Shown: positions 32,431 through 45,982 of the stretch, in pieces
Numbering within the stretch: position 1 is the first letter of the stretch
Layout: the number at the start of each line of letters is the position of its first letter
Assembly: GCA_032718475.1 (NCBI GenBank)
Contig: JAUCBJ010000051.1
Span: 1 to 54,077, forward strand
Source: Nemertoderma westbladi
Taxonomy: Eukaryota > Animalia > Xenacoelomorpha
Reading direction: 5' to 3'
Length of the DNA stretch: 54,077 bases
Program-made: the position numbers and the translations under genes
Notes under the pieces: model-generated
What the model was told of the DNA's origin: nothing
Database searches by the model: none
What the model saw: only the letters and a program-made list of their open reading frames with translations

Positions 32431-35400
32431 AATAGACATGGCAAGAATGGCTACATGGGGATGGGCACATTGAGGAACGAACGATTACACCCCTTACTTC
32501 GCCATCTGTTATTGTTTTTGTACCCAATTTAACCATAAAAGATTTATGTTAACATATGATTGGAATTTTATTGTGGCACGCCATTAAGAATAAGAATTGT
32601 TTTTACCCAATAACCATAAAAGATATATTGTATACTAACATATAATTTGAATTTTATTGAGGCGCCATGCAAATACTGTAGGAACAAAGTAATGGTTGTT
32701 CGCTGGTAACTCATACTGAGTGAGATGTGACAGATGTGCAAAATAGTCATGAGTCTATGTCTAGGTGAATAAAAGATATAATGTCGGGTAGTGCAGTGAA
32801 AATATCAGAAGTGAGTGTTTATCTCTACCTGTACAGTACTGTATATCATTATAGTAGAGTGTGCTGGTACGTATAAATTTCATAAAGTCTGTAAACATTC
32901 ATTGACATATTTTAATTAATCAATATTGAGGTACGTTTGTAAGTATAATAAAGTATCGTGCTTGTTGCTAGGGTGATGGTGGGGGGGGGGGGGGGGGGGG
33001 GGGAGGGTGAGCGAGAAAAAAATAAGGAGAAAAATAAGCTCCCTGTGTCGTGAATAAATACAAGTAGGCCTACTGTAACATCTTCGGTAGTTTTGGTCTG
33101 GAATGAAATATTGTCATAATCTCTAGGCAAGTACGATTGAACTTGAAACAGACTTTACTTCGATTCTGTCACTACTGTACAGTCATTCCTATCAACAAAA
33201 CTCGTACCTACAGTATACGTTGCAATAGCCAAATTTGACTGCAACTGTAGGCCTACATCTTTCTGATAATTTTTACTACCACTTCCAACACTACCATACT
33301 GTAGGTTTGCCAGCCCATTCTTTACGTTGTAGGCCTACTCCGACACATGACCTTTGCTTACGATATTCGACGGAGAGACGCATAGTCGGATTGTCACGAT
33401 AATAATTGTATTGACTATCAATTTCAGATAGAAAAAAGACGGAATTGTCATGATTACGGACTTCTTCTGTATATCATCAGTTATAAGTTTTTTGCCGTGA
33501 CTAATAATTATTGACTGCTAATATAATAAAATCTATATTAATTATTATCTTATCTTATAAAACATCCACAGCTTTAAACACAAATTCCTGGAATTATGAC
33601 TTCAGCACTACGATTAACTATCATTTACTTAATTTGTTTTGGGATGTTCATGTTGACATTTGCAGACGATTTGCAGCAAAGGTAGAGTAATACAGTAGAG
33701 AGAATAATACATACAAACAATAATACATAGTATAAACAGGTAGGGGGGGGGGGGGGAGGTAAACTGGACGCAATAAAAATTCATCCTTCTCCAGGGGAAA
33801 TTCGACGAAAATAACTGACTGATTATTCTCAAAAATAAAACTGTATCCTGTTCTATTGTGCTTAGTTAATTGTTTTGGATAAAATAACGTGCCACTGTAA
33901 CGTGCTCCTTTCCCTAAATTGAGAATTTAACATTGAGGTGGGATATTAATTCGCCAAGATGGGATTTGCGTCCAGATCCCCCCCCCCTGTCTCAGTATAA
34001 CGGTGCTAGGCATACAGTATGCCTATATACAGTATACTGTAGTATGACAACTACAAGGAATGATCGGATTACTGTCAAGGCCTTGATTACAGTGCAACTC
34101 AGGTAGGTCCTGGCGCCACCGAGCCACACCAAATCAGCCTGTCAACCGTAGTCTATTTGTTGCGATATATGGCGTTGTGTGTAAAACAACCCATCATACA
34201 GTATAGAACAGATTAGATAAGCGTATTAATGTATGACCGTAATATAATTAGATAGGGTAAATAAAATCAACAGGTTCATTTATATTCATTTAATTTTTAT
34301 ACAGTATGTAGTCTCAATTACGTAAATTTTATAATAAAACCCTAGTATATTAATTTGCGGTGACAAACTTCTATAAAACTAAAATTTGAATTTGCCGTTT
34401 TCTAATATCTACCGAATCTATAACATATTTGTGCTAATTTCGTTTACATTCTATATAAATCAATATTTGTGTTAAATTAACGTTTGAATTGTGCTTTTAA
34501 TAATTTCCGAATTAATTTAAGGCGATTATGCGCTTCTGCTCGCTGGTTGGTCAAGAGCCCAGCTGACAGAACCCTGGATCTGGCCTGATCATGTGAGATA
34601 TTGCGTCATTCTTACAGTTTAACAGTAGCCATATTTATTATTTTATTTGCACTTCCGTTTTGATTGTAAATTTGCTGATTTCTGCTATAATTTGTGACTT
34701 TGAATAATGATTACTGCTTGACCTGACTCTTGATTTGATTTCTGATTGTTTAATTATAATTCGCAATGTAGTAAACCTAAATCAACGTTTGTTTCTTCAA
34801 ACTGTCTGACCTGTTTTGCTATGTTTTACGCCGTTACGGTAACCGCCCGCTTTAGCATGTTGGGCTAAGGGTAGGCGTCGCGGGCTCACTATTCCGAAGC
34901 GACAGAAGGAGAGTTGGAGGATCCAATGCACAGCAGTACCGGCGGGGCTGGTAGCTTATTAGTAGCGTAGTTATTTTCTGTTTCGGCTTGTTCTTAGGAC
35001 AATTAGCTTGGTATGTTATAGTTTTATTAACCCTTTTGTTTCATTCGAAAATACAAACATATCAAAAGGAAGAATCCCCTTTGAGATTTCTTTAACACTA
35101 TTCTTTCGCAGACATTCTGGGAGAGTTATTGACTCGCCCCCATTTATGCCACGTCCAAACTGCGTTTACAATTTTCCAAAAGGGCCTACTTGCAAGTGGT
35201 TTCATGCCATGTGGTGGTTATACTGTACACACATCAACCCCCATCGTGTTTAGTAATTTCAGTATTTTTAGTAAGTTCAGGCTAGTAATTATTTTTATTA
35301 GCTACTGTAGGCCTACATTAGTACTGGTAGCTAGTAATTATTCACTATCCAGGCTATTACTTTTTCATATAAAATATCTTTGATGTCAGAAATATATATT

Positions 35401-37170
35401 ATTTATTTATTTATATGGAATTAATTTCGCACTACCATATCGCCAGGGCGATGTATTTTCCAGCTTTATATCGCAGTGCGACATTATTTATCTGTAGGCC
35501 TATGTTCCTACGCCATACATTTACTACAGTATGTATTTCCATTTTGGTACTAAATATTGTGAAATTATTTTTATATTTTTCTGGAGTTTCTAAATCTGAA
35601 AACCGCTTTTAATAGCTCTTTTAGTTTACAAGTTATAACAATTTCCATTTAGGGAGACCTATTGAAATTAGTATTACTACTGTATGTATAATGGAAGGTC
35701 GATTATCTCCAAATATTTTTTTTATGAAATTGTCCATTTCAAAACCATACTACTTCTACAATTTTTGACCAATTATTCTGAAAGTTTCTGTGGGTGTCTA
35801 CTGTACATGCAAGCGTGCATAAAACTATCAGATAACTTTTGAAATTTTTAGTTAATAAAATTAACTTTTTATATTAGTTAATTATTATTATAAAAAACAT
35901 AAATTTGTTGCCCCATCATAGTTCTATCATGTAAAAAACCTTTCATGTGATTAGATGTTAAAAGGTAAAAGCCTTCGGGTTTTAAGCGCAACCAAGTTTT
36001 TTTCATTATTAACTAGTATTAACAAATATTAAATAGCGAAAAATAAAATTTTTCTCATTTCTTATTTAGAATAGCATCTAAGGTAGGACTACCTATATTC
36101 CAAATTATAGCCAAATCCAAACAATCTTGAAGCGCGGGGAGTTATAAATCAAGAGTTGTCCGAAATGGTGTACTCCCATTAAAACTTTTATGGCTAATCG
36201 TCGAAACATAATATTATTATTTACTCGCTAGTTTGTGAGCGAAGGTGTATTATAAAATAGGTTTATGAAGATAATAAAGTTTAAATTTCTGTAGGCCAAC
36301 AGTACACGAGTAGCGCAGTTACGTAATGTTATTTATTCTATATTTATTTTTACTGTTTATAGATACGACGATGCACCAATGGAGCTACTAGAAATAAAAT
36401 CGATCCAACGTTGTTCCAATTCGAGTTGCAAGGAGAAGGAGTTGTGCGCTTTGTGTCGTGGGAATTGTTATATGATCTATTGGAAGGCACAAACTTCTTG
36501 CATTTCCAACTGCATTCCGAGGCATTGCTATTAATTAAGATGAAATATAGACGGAAATTCCTTCCTTTTTTACGGTTTATGTATTAGTGAAATGTTATAT
36601 GTATTGGCCTACTCACGGTACTGTTATACATAGTCCATGGGCCAGCCAGCATAGGGGATACTTTTTGGTAACCATCTGGAACTTATATTTTTGGGAAGAC
36701 CTAGCTTCTGGCCATTCATTTTGATATGATAACAAATCTGAATCGGTAGCTGACTTGGTGATATCACCGGTTATCATGGAAATGGTAAAACAACAAACAT
36801 GCTGTAGTATTCTAATAACTCGATATAAATTCATCGCATCTTTTGAAAAAGATAGCTACTGGTCTAACAATTCTAAATGTGACATAAAATTCTGGAATAT
36901 AATTATTGTTACCATGGGAACGCTGCTAAATAAAAACTGACATATTTTAGAATAATAGCTACCATTCTAGAACAATAGAATTATTTTAAAAACAAATTGC
37001 CACATTTTGTTGAATATTAGTTTTGGAAAATTTTGGTATACTGAGAGCTAATCATGTTTTGTTATAATGGTGATATATGGTTCCAAAGATATACCCATAT
37101 TTGAAATATTTTTATTTTTCATCAATTTATCTCATTCCACTCTGTTTGAAAATAATGACTTTATATAACA

Positions 37171-37561
37171 CGAAGTGGGGACTTCGCGCAGCACGAAGTT
37201 GGCAGAGCCTTAGCGAATTGACACGGTTAGGGGGTAGGTCAATTTATGCAAATAGTCACGTTGGCCCTCTAGCGGCAGACTGGAGAACTGCAGATGGATT
37301 CGCCTCCTTTGAAAGTCACAGCTAATGGTCTAATACATATCTGCCAAGTTTCAGCTTAAACGGATTAAAAGCAAAGAAATGGGAGGGCATTTAATGTTTA
37401 GACATGTGGCCCTCTAGCGGGAGACCATTGCACTGATGGTGTCTGAAAGTCTCTCAAAAATCTCAACTTTTGCTCATATTGATATCTACAAATTTTCAAC
37501 TTGGCAGCTTTAAATCCGACAAAGTTATTAGCATGTCAAAATCGTAACGACGACGACGACA

Positions 37562-37592
<31 letters not shown>

Positions 37593-37673
37593 CGACAACT
37601 ATTTGCATAAATTGACCCACCCCCTAACAGTGTCAATTCGCTAAGGCTCCGCCAACTTCGTGGCTCGCCCCAC
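37171..37673 (-). mobile_element. ~500-bp insertion with subterminal inverted repeats, terminal hairpin and (GAC)n tract (Helentron/HINE-like)
   Basis: Absent from the mirror arm (empty site ~41345-41358); no TSD; IR cacgaagttggcagagccttagcgaattgacac / gtgtcaattcgctaaggctccgccaacttcgtg; hairpin cgaag-tgggga-cttcg at one end. Confidence 0.75.
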
Positions 37674-38214
37674 AATATTTATGCCAATAAAATACAATCA
37701 AGATGTGACTACAAATCACTTTAAAATGAAAAGTGACATCTAAATGGCATTTCAGACAACACTCATTCACAGGTTACCATGACTACCACTACAGATGCAA
37801 TTGAAGATGACTCAGATATAACACAAACAAATGACGTGACACCTACCACAAAAGAGAGGTTAGTTCTTTTAATATATTCACTTCAATTTATATATTTATC
37901 ATAATTTTTCCTAGATGATTTCTGCAAAGATGATTCCATCGATAATAACATTTTTGTATACTAAATCCTCTTTAATTAATAATAAATACATAATTATGTA
38001 TGTACGTATTCTTAATTGGTATGCGATGATGTCATCCGAACAAATAGAGTATTCTTAGTCGAGTAGGTAATGTATGTGATACAATTATTGCTGTATTAGA
38101 AATCATCTTCATCATCTGAGGTGTCAATTGCATCAGTTCATTCCAATTCCGCCTCCTTCCATTTGGTGCATTACTTGAATTTGTACAACTCAATGCAATG
38201 AAGTTTATTTTGTA

Positions 38215-38264
38215 GGCAGATACGTTAGTGGTTTACATGACGTAGTACAATTTCAATACAGCAG

Positions 38265-38311
<47 letters not shown>

Positions 38312-38570
38312 GATGGAGCTGGAAGAACATGCATCCAATCAGGTATTATCATATCCTCCTCATCTACAGACAGACCTACAGTATAATGGGAGAAGGTACA
38401 TTGATGATGGATACTAAACTTTTTTCCAAATATACGCTTGGTAGTTGGCTTTGGATATAGGTGTATAAACAATACGTACAAGGTGGCAGCAAGGTTGACT
38501 CGATTTCTCCACTTTTTGAGATTAAAAGACGACACTGAAGCACGTTCACGTCATTAATATCTGACCACCT
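38215..38570 (-). pseudogene. Relic of Academ-type transposon protein C-terminus (copy 1)
   Basis: DVNVLQCRLLISKSGEIESTLLPP and IPDWMHVLPAPSSILSL in different frames; interrupted by (AG)n. Confidence 0.5.
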
Positions 38571-39204
38571 GAGATATAATTGGCATATAAAACTTTCTAA
38601 ATCTCTAGATACGATTCTGATAGTTGCCAATGTTCGCCAATGATGAATATTAAGTGCAGAGGCAGGTTTCACTGAAAGGGGTGGTGTGGGGGGGGGGGGG
38701 GTGTATCCAATAACCAATAGGAAATCTTAGTACGAAAGTACTGGAGATGGGTGCCAGAAAGGGAGCACAGCACGAAAACTAACATGGCCATGTAAATGGC
38801 GTTTGCGCTGTTGGATAACCCATTAAATTTTAGGAAAAGTCAATAATGAATATTAACATGTGTTGGAAGGTTATGAATAATATAGACATAAGTGCAGAGG
38901 CAGGTTTCACTGAAAGGGATGGTGGGGGTATATCCAATAGCAAACGCCAAAGACTGGTTCAAGTATGTGACATTCATATTCGAGATGATAATGAGGGTGT
39001 CGGCAATAAATGGACACAAATAAATGCCATCATGACCTTCAACCAACTCAAATAGATTACAAGGGATGAAAACGATGTCCTGAAATTCCAGGTTTATCAA
39101 AAGTGTGGATCTCTAAGTAGAATAACGCATTGTAACATAAACACTATCTATATCAGCTAATCTTGGACCTGACTTATGCATAATACTTATTGCTTTACAT
39201 GAAT

Positions 39205-39490
39205 GTCAGAAGTTAATGACGTGAACGAGCTTCGGTGTCGTCTTTTCTGTTCAAAACATGGAGAAATCGAGTCAACCTTGCTGCCAGAGACACCTATCCC
39301 GAGCCAACTACCAATTGTATATAAGCTTAGTACCCATCATCAATGTATCTTCTCCCATAGGTCTGGGATGGCTGTTAGATGAGGCGGATATGGTAATACC
39401 TGATTGGATGTATGTTCTACCAGCTCCATAATCTATCCTCTCTCTCTATCTCTGCTGTATTGCAATTGTAAACCACCAACATGTATCTGC
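39205..39490 (+). pseudogene. Relic of Academ-type transposon protein C-terminus (copy 2, inverted)
   Basis: DVNELRCRLFCSKHGEIESTLLP...SPIGLGWLLDEADMVIPDWMYVLPAP*...YCNCKPPTCIC, leading into a Cys-rich segment. Confidence 0.55.
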
Positions 39491-39491
39491 C

Positions 39492-39732
39492 GGTTGAGTA
39501 CAAAACAAAGACCCAACACTTTTCTGCCTGTTCTGTACAAAACAAAGAGGTGAAGTCGCGCTAGGTCCATAAGAGCGATAAGTCCCATTGCTATTTAAAG
39601 GAGCGGGTTAGTAAAGGAGCACGTTACTGAGGCGTGTTGGGGGAACCAAAACAATAAACGAAAGTTAACACATGTTAGATGATTATGCACGTCTTTATAA
39701 TTGTGTGTTGAGTCTTTGTTTTGTACTCACTC
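39492..39732. mobile_element. Mutator-like MITE with 10-bp TSD TGTATCTGCC
   Basis: TIR tgagtacaaaacaaagacccaacac / gtgttgagtctttgttttgtactca; TSD at 39482-39491 and 39733-39742; single-copy empty site in the paralogous segment near 38215. Confidence 0.85.
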
Positions 39733-42689
39733 TGTATCTGCCTACAAAACAAACATCAACATCATTGCATTGAGTTATGCAAATTCAAGTCATGTACCAA
39801 CAGGAAGGAGGCGAAATTTGAATGAACTGAAGCTCTTGACGTGATTTTTGACTAACATATTTGCACTACTTATTTATTCTTACCCCAGGCGACACTTTAA
39901 AAATTACCAAAAAATTTCACCAATATTGCAGTTCTATAATCGCTTTCAGCATCCAAAAAACCGCTATATATCGCAAATAAATTAATTTTAGTGAATTATG
40001 AAAACTATTGAAAATCTTAGTACGAAAGTACTGGAGATGGGTGCCAGAAAGGAAGCACAGCACGAAAACTAACATGACCATGTAAATGGCGTTTGCTCGT
40101 TTGGATAACCCATTAAATTTTAGGAAAAGTCACGAAATCTCGGTTTTCCAAACAAACCTTACTCAAAGATACAGATTAATTACAAAATTAAGCCGGGCAC
40201 GTATTCCCAATCCTTACACTCCTAGGAACACCTCTTGCATTAACACCTGGGATTGGTTAATGAGTTATTATTTGATTGGACGTTGAAATCATGTAAGAAA
40301 TGGAAAGAGGGGTCTAACTTGTCTCAGGTTTTTATAAAGTGCTCCAAACGCTCCAAATAAAATAAACTCTTAAAACCTCTAGACGTCTAGATGGCGCGCT
40401 AGTGCAGTAGCAGACGGACTATTCATAAGCAATTACTACTGTACAGTACTATAATCGGCCTGCTGCATTGAAACTGCACATTGAGATGCTATGCCAGTTT
40501 GGCAAAAGTATTTTGTCACCTCCATGCAATCCACAATTGGCAAGCCAAATGCAGCGTACGTTAAGAATTATATGCCGGCTTATCAACAAAGCTGCACCAC
40601 CACAATTCCCTATCCCCCATAACTTTCGTGAGATTAGCTGCATCTTCAAGGCCAGTGTCCTTTAGGAGGCGTCTTAAGAAAGTCATGGGCTGTCCATCAT
40701 GCTTATTTTCTCTATGGGGCTGCCGAAGCACAATATTGTACGCAGTGTGGTCCTTATGTGTGGGGGCAGCGCATGCAGCCCTGTATAAACCATAACCCAA
40801 TGTTCTACTGCCTAGAATAATATCAAATGTTAAGTCTACTCATCTAATACTGTTGGTGTTGCTGTAATAACCCTTACATGATTTCACCCAATTTCTCCAT
40901 TCCTTACAGCGTTTGGAACATTTTCTACTGTACCTGCAAACTGAGTATAAAACTCTTACACTAGTTCGACCCCTATCTCCATTCCTTACATGATTTTTTC
41001 CTAATAGTGTAAGGTTTGGGAATACGCCCCCCGGCCCAAGTAGGATTAAATAGAGGATTTAGTATTCAAAAATGTCATTATCGAAGGAATCGTCTTTGCA
41101 GAAATCATCTAGGAACAATTATGATAAATATATAAATTGAAGTGAATATACTAAAAGAACTAACCTCTCTTTTGTGGTAGGTGTCAAGTCATTTAAGTTT
41201 GTGTCATATCGGAGTCATCTTGAATTGCATCTGTAGTGGTAGTCATGGTAACCTGTGAATGAGTGTTGTCTGAATTGCCATTTAGATGTCACTTGTCATT
41301 CTAAAGTGATTTGTAGTCACATCTTGATTGTTTTTTATTGACATAAATATTTGTTATAAAGTCATTATTTTGAAACAGAGTGGAATGAGATTAAATTGAT
41401 GAAAAATAAAAATATTTCAAACATGGGTATATCTTTGGAACCATATACAGTATCACCGTTATAACAAAACAGGTTTAGCTCTCAGTATACCAAAATTTTC
41501 CAAAACTAATATTCAATAAAATGTGGCAATTTGTTTTTAAAATAATAGTATTGTTCTAGAATGGTAGCTATTCTTCTAAAACATGTCAATTTTCATTTAG
41601 CAGCGTTTCCATGGTAACAATAATTATATTCCAGAATTTTATGTCATATTTAGAATTGTAAGACCAGTAGCTATATTTTTCAAAAGATGCAATGGATTTA
41701 TATAGAGTTATTAGAATACTACAGCATGTTTGTTATTTTGCCATTTCCATGACAACCGGTGATAACACCAAGTCAGCTACCGATTCAGATTTGTTATCAT
41801 ATCAAAATGAATGGCCAGAAGCTACAGTAGGTCTTCCCAAAAATATAAGTTCCAGATGGTTACCAAAAAGTATCCCCTATGCTGGCTGGCCCATGGACTA
41901 TTAGTACTGTACGCGGTGGGTAAAATCAATAACTCGACATATTTATTGTTCGTATGCATGTTATAAAAATAATAGAGAAGAATCAATTAAATGGTGGTTG
42001 GTGGATCCATTTTGGGTAACTTCCGAATAAACACGAAATATATACAGTAGGCCTATATTGGGTGATACTGTAAAACGACAAGAGATTGCCAGCGAGAGCT
42101 GGCAATATGGACGGATCCATTGCTATCAATATTGTTGTAATAAATTACGCGCATAAGCAGGGCAGCCTAATAAGTAATAACGAATGAGAACCCAATAGTT
42201 GTCAATGTGGAGCAGACAGCTATCTCAATTACAATTATTACACTGCTACTTACCTCCACACTGAACCTCCAATAGGATGTTGTCTTGGCAACGATATTCG
42301 GGATTGGCTAGCCAGTATGATATTGTTATATATAATATAGTATAATATTGTAGGGCCTATGTTAAAACACACTGTTTGTTAAAGAACACTTTGTTAAATG
42401 TATCTTCTCCTACAATTCTAAACGAAATAAAGCGAAATTTTGCAAAAAGCATGTCCAATACAGTAGGTGCTTTGATTGAGTGGATTCTACGTTTATTATG
42501 GGTCATTCTAGAATTAATTTCACTGTTGCTAGGCAACCAACAGGTCCCTCGCAACAAAAACCTTGCATACACAACTAGGTACGATAATGAACCTATCAAC
42601 AAAGTTTCATCCAATTCCATCAACAGTAAGTGCCAGAAGTTGTGTGTACAAACAAACAAAAAAAAAACAAACACGTGTGAGAAATAAGG

Positions 42690-44730
42690 ACATCCACTTC
42701 TTTGATCCGTCCAACATCCACTTATTGTATCCGTCCAACATCCACTTCTTGGATCCGTCCAACATCCACTTCTTGGATCCGTCCAACATCCACTTCTTGG
42801 ATCCGTCCAACATCCACTTCTTGGATCCGTGCAACATCCACTTCTTGGATCCGTCCAACATCCACTTCTTGGATCCGTCCAACATCCACTTCTTGGATCC
42901 ATCCAACATCCACTTCTTTGATCCGTCCAACATCCACTTATTGTATCCGTCCAACATCCACTTCTTGGATCCGTCCAACATCCACTTCTTGGATCCGTCC
43001 AACATCCACTTCTTTGATCCGTCCAACATCCACTTCTTGGATCCGTCCAACATCCACTTCTTGGATCCGTCCAACATCCACTTCTTGGATCCGTCCAACA
43101 TCCACTTCTTGGATCCGTCCAACATCCACTTCTTGGATCCGTCCAACATCCACTTCTTGGATCCGTCCAACATCCACTTCTTGGATCCGTCCAACATCCA
43201 CTTCTTTGATCCGTCCAACATCCACTTCTTGGATCCGTCCAACATCCACTTCTTGGATCCGTCCAACATCCACTTCTTGGATCCGTCCAACATCCACTTC
43301 TTGGATCCGTCCAACATCCACTTCTTGGATCCGTCCAACATCCACTTCTTGGATCCGTCCAACATCCACTTCTTGGATCCGTCCAACATCCACTTCTTGG
43401 ATCCGTCCAACATCCACTTCTTGGATCCGTCCAACATCCACTTCTTGGATCCGTCCAACATCCACTTCTTGGATCCGTCCAACATCCACTTCTTGGATCC
43501 GCCCAACATCCACTCCTTTGATCCGTCCAACATCCACTTCTTGGATCCGTCCAACATCCACTTCTTGGATCCGTCCAACATCCACTTCTTGGATCCGTCC
43601 AACATCCACTTCTTGGATCCGTCCAACATCCACTTCTTGGATCCGTCCAACATCCACTTCTTGGATCCGTCCAACATCCACTTCTTTGATCCGTCCAACA
43701 TCCACTTATTGTATCCGTCCAACATCCACTTCTTGGATCCGTCCAACATCCACTTATTGTATCCGTCCAACATCCACTTCTTTGATCCGTCCAACATCCA
43801 CTTATTGTATCCGTCCAACATCCACTTCTTGGATCCGTCCAACATCCACTTCTTGGATCCGTCCAACATCCACTTCTTTGATCCGTCCAACATCCACTTC
43901 TTGGATCCGTCCAACATCCACTTCTTGGATCCGTCCAACATCCACTTCTTGGATTCGTCCAACATCCACTTCTTGGATCCGTCCAACATCCACTTCTTTG
44001 ATCCGTCCAACATCCACTTCTTGGATCCGTCCAACATCCACTTCTTGGATCCGTCCAACATCCACTTCTTGGATCCGTCCAACATCCACTTCTTGGATCC
44101 GTCCAACATCCACTTCTTGGATCCGTCCAACATCCACTTCTTTGATCCGTCCAACATCCACTTCTTGGATCCGTCCAACATCCACTTATTGGATCCGTCC
44201 AACATCCACTTCTTTGATCCGTCCAACATCCACTTCTTGGATCCGTCCAACATCCACTTCTTGGATCCGTCCAACATCCACTTCTTGGATCCGTCCAACA
44301 TCCACTTCTTGGATCCGTCCAACATCCACTTCTTTGATCCGTCCAACATCCACTTATTGTATCCGTCCAACATCCACTTCTTGGATCCGTCCAACATCCA
44401 CTTCTTGGATCCGTCCAACATCCACTTCTTTGATCCGTCCAACATCCACTTCTTGGATCCGTCCAACATCCACTTCTTGGATCCGTCCAACATCCACTTC
44501 TTGGATCCGTCCAACATCCACTTCTTGGATCCGTCCAACATCCACTTCTTGGATCCGTCCAACATCCACTTCTTGGATCCGTCCAACATCCACTTCTTGG
44601 ATCCGTCCAACATCCACTTCTTTGATCCGTCCAACATCCACTTCTTGGATCCGTCCAACATCCACTTCTTGGATCCGTCCAACATCCACTTCTTGGATCC
44701 GTCCAACATCCACTTCTTGGATCCGTCCAA
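42690..44730 (+). repeat. 24-bp tandem array (~85 copies), unit CCAACATCCACTTCTTGGATCCGT
   Basis: Highly homogeneous units; recurring variants ttctttgatcc and ttattgtatcc. Confidence 0.98.
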
Positions 44731-45982
44731 TTAACCCAATATACTGTACTTTATGGTGCAACGGAAACATACGCTCGGGGAAGAAAATATATAAATAAAG
44801 AAAGAAACCGCTAGGTGGCGTTATGAAAAGTAAGTCACATCACTCACTGCTTAGTGCTGATTAGGGCTACTGTAGAAGTCAACCAACTAATCAGTTAAAC
44901 AATCTATTCGGATTTGCAGGCAGCCGTTAACTTATGGTCGACGCAAATGTTTAAATATGTTCCTGGCACTTCCATAAAAAATAATTTTTCATTTCTGCCA
45001 GAATTAAAGTAACTTAATGATGGATAAGAATTGGTGTTTCAAAGATAACAAGATAAAAGGTAGAAATTATTTTCTCATTATTGCATCTTGGCCACAGACA
45101 GGGAACTGACAGTCATGACCTACTAGATACGACCAGCCAAGCTGAGGTCCTTAAATTTAGTGGGCCAGTTATTTCTCTTAGATAGAACCCCTGAAACAAT
45201 AGGTCTAGCGCATCGAATGTACTTGGCCCTAACTAAAATTATATCATTGTCTATAACTCTTTCCCGAAAACTAATTTGAGTTTGACACTTATAATATAAT
45301 GATATGATAATAAATCAGGTAGAGTTACTGTATTGTGATGTTATTGGTGTTATTGAGTTCATACATTTTCAATTACAAGAATTGGTAGTTACTCACGAGA
45401 ATCTGCCAAAAATAAATAAAATAAAGTTAATCTTTGTATAATAATTATTATAAAGTGAAAAAACCAATGTGTTAATAAAACAGAAATCAAGTAATATAAC
45501 ATACCGGTATACAGTGCATCTGCATAGCATAGTTAATACAAAATTTATTACAAAATAATTAAATTGTACAAATTGATTCACAACCTGACTTGTTATATAC
45601 AAAAAAACAAAACATATTGGTTACTATAATACTGTAGGCTACTAAGTACTCAATAATAAAAGAAAACCTAACACAAATTACAAAATATACTGAATAAAAT
45701 AAAGTGTGAAACAATATGTATATAATTACAATAAAAGCACACTACAATGGCATACAACAATATACAATATTCATTCTTATGCATTATGGATGTAATTATG
45801 TACATATGATACTTACTATACAATATGAATATACAATTTCAGATTGCAAAAATTTTAGCTGCATATTCAAGAAAAGAAATATGAAATCAATCAATATAAA
45901 AATATATTTATAATTTTGTATTTTAATGAAAATAGAAAATTTTTATATGGAGGACGAATGTAAACCAAACTTCCTTCAATAT

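Larger units (their letters stand above)
36631..41900. mobile_element. Large fold-back / non-autonomous TIR element, ~830-bp inverted arms
   Basis: 36631-37170 plus 37674-37970 is the reverse complement of ~41050-41900 (tagtccatgggccagccagcataggggatac / gtatcccctatgctggctggcccatggacta). Exact ends and TSD unclear. Confidence 0.85.

Noticed and set aside
31014-32479. atgggcaca(a/t)tgaggaacg on both sides of the LINE as a TSD
   Set aside because: Copies are imperfect and not directly adjacent to the RT boundaries; no tail seen.
42357-44798. Repeat ORFs and a possible third splice-site array
   Set aside because: 24-bp satellite artefacts; the unit has no GT(A/G)AG donor or polypyrimidine-AG acceptor and no adjacent exon was found.
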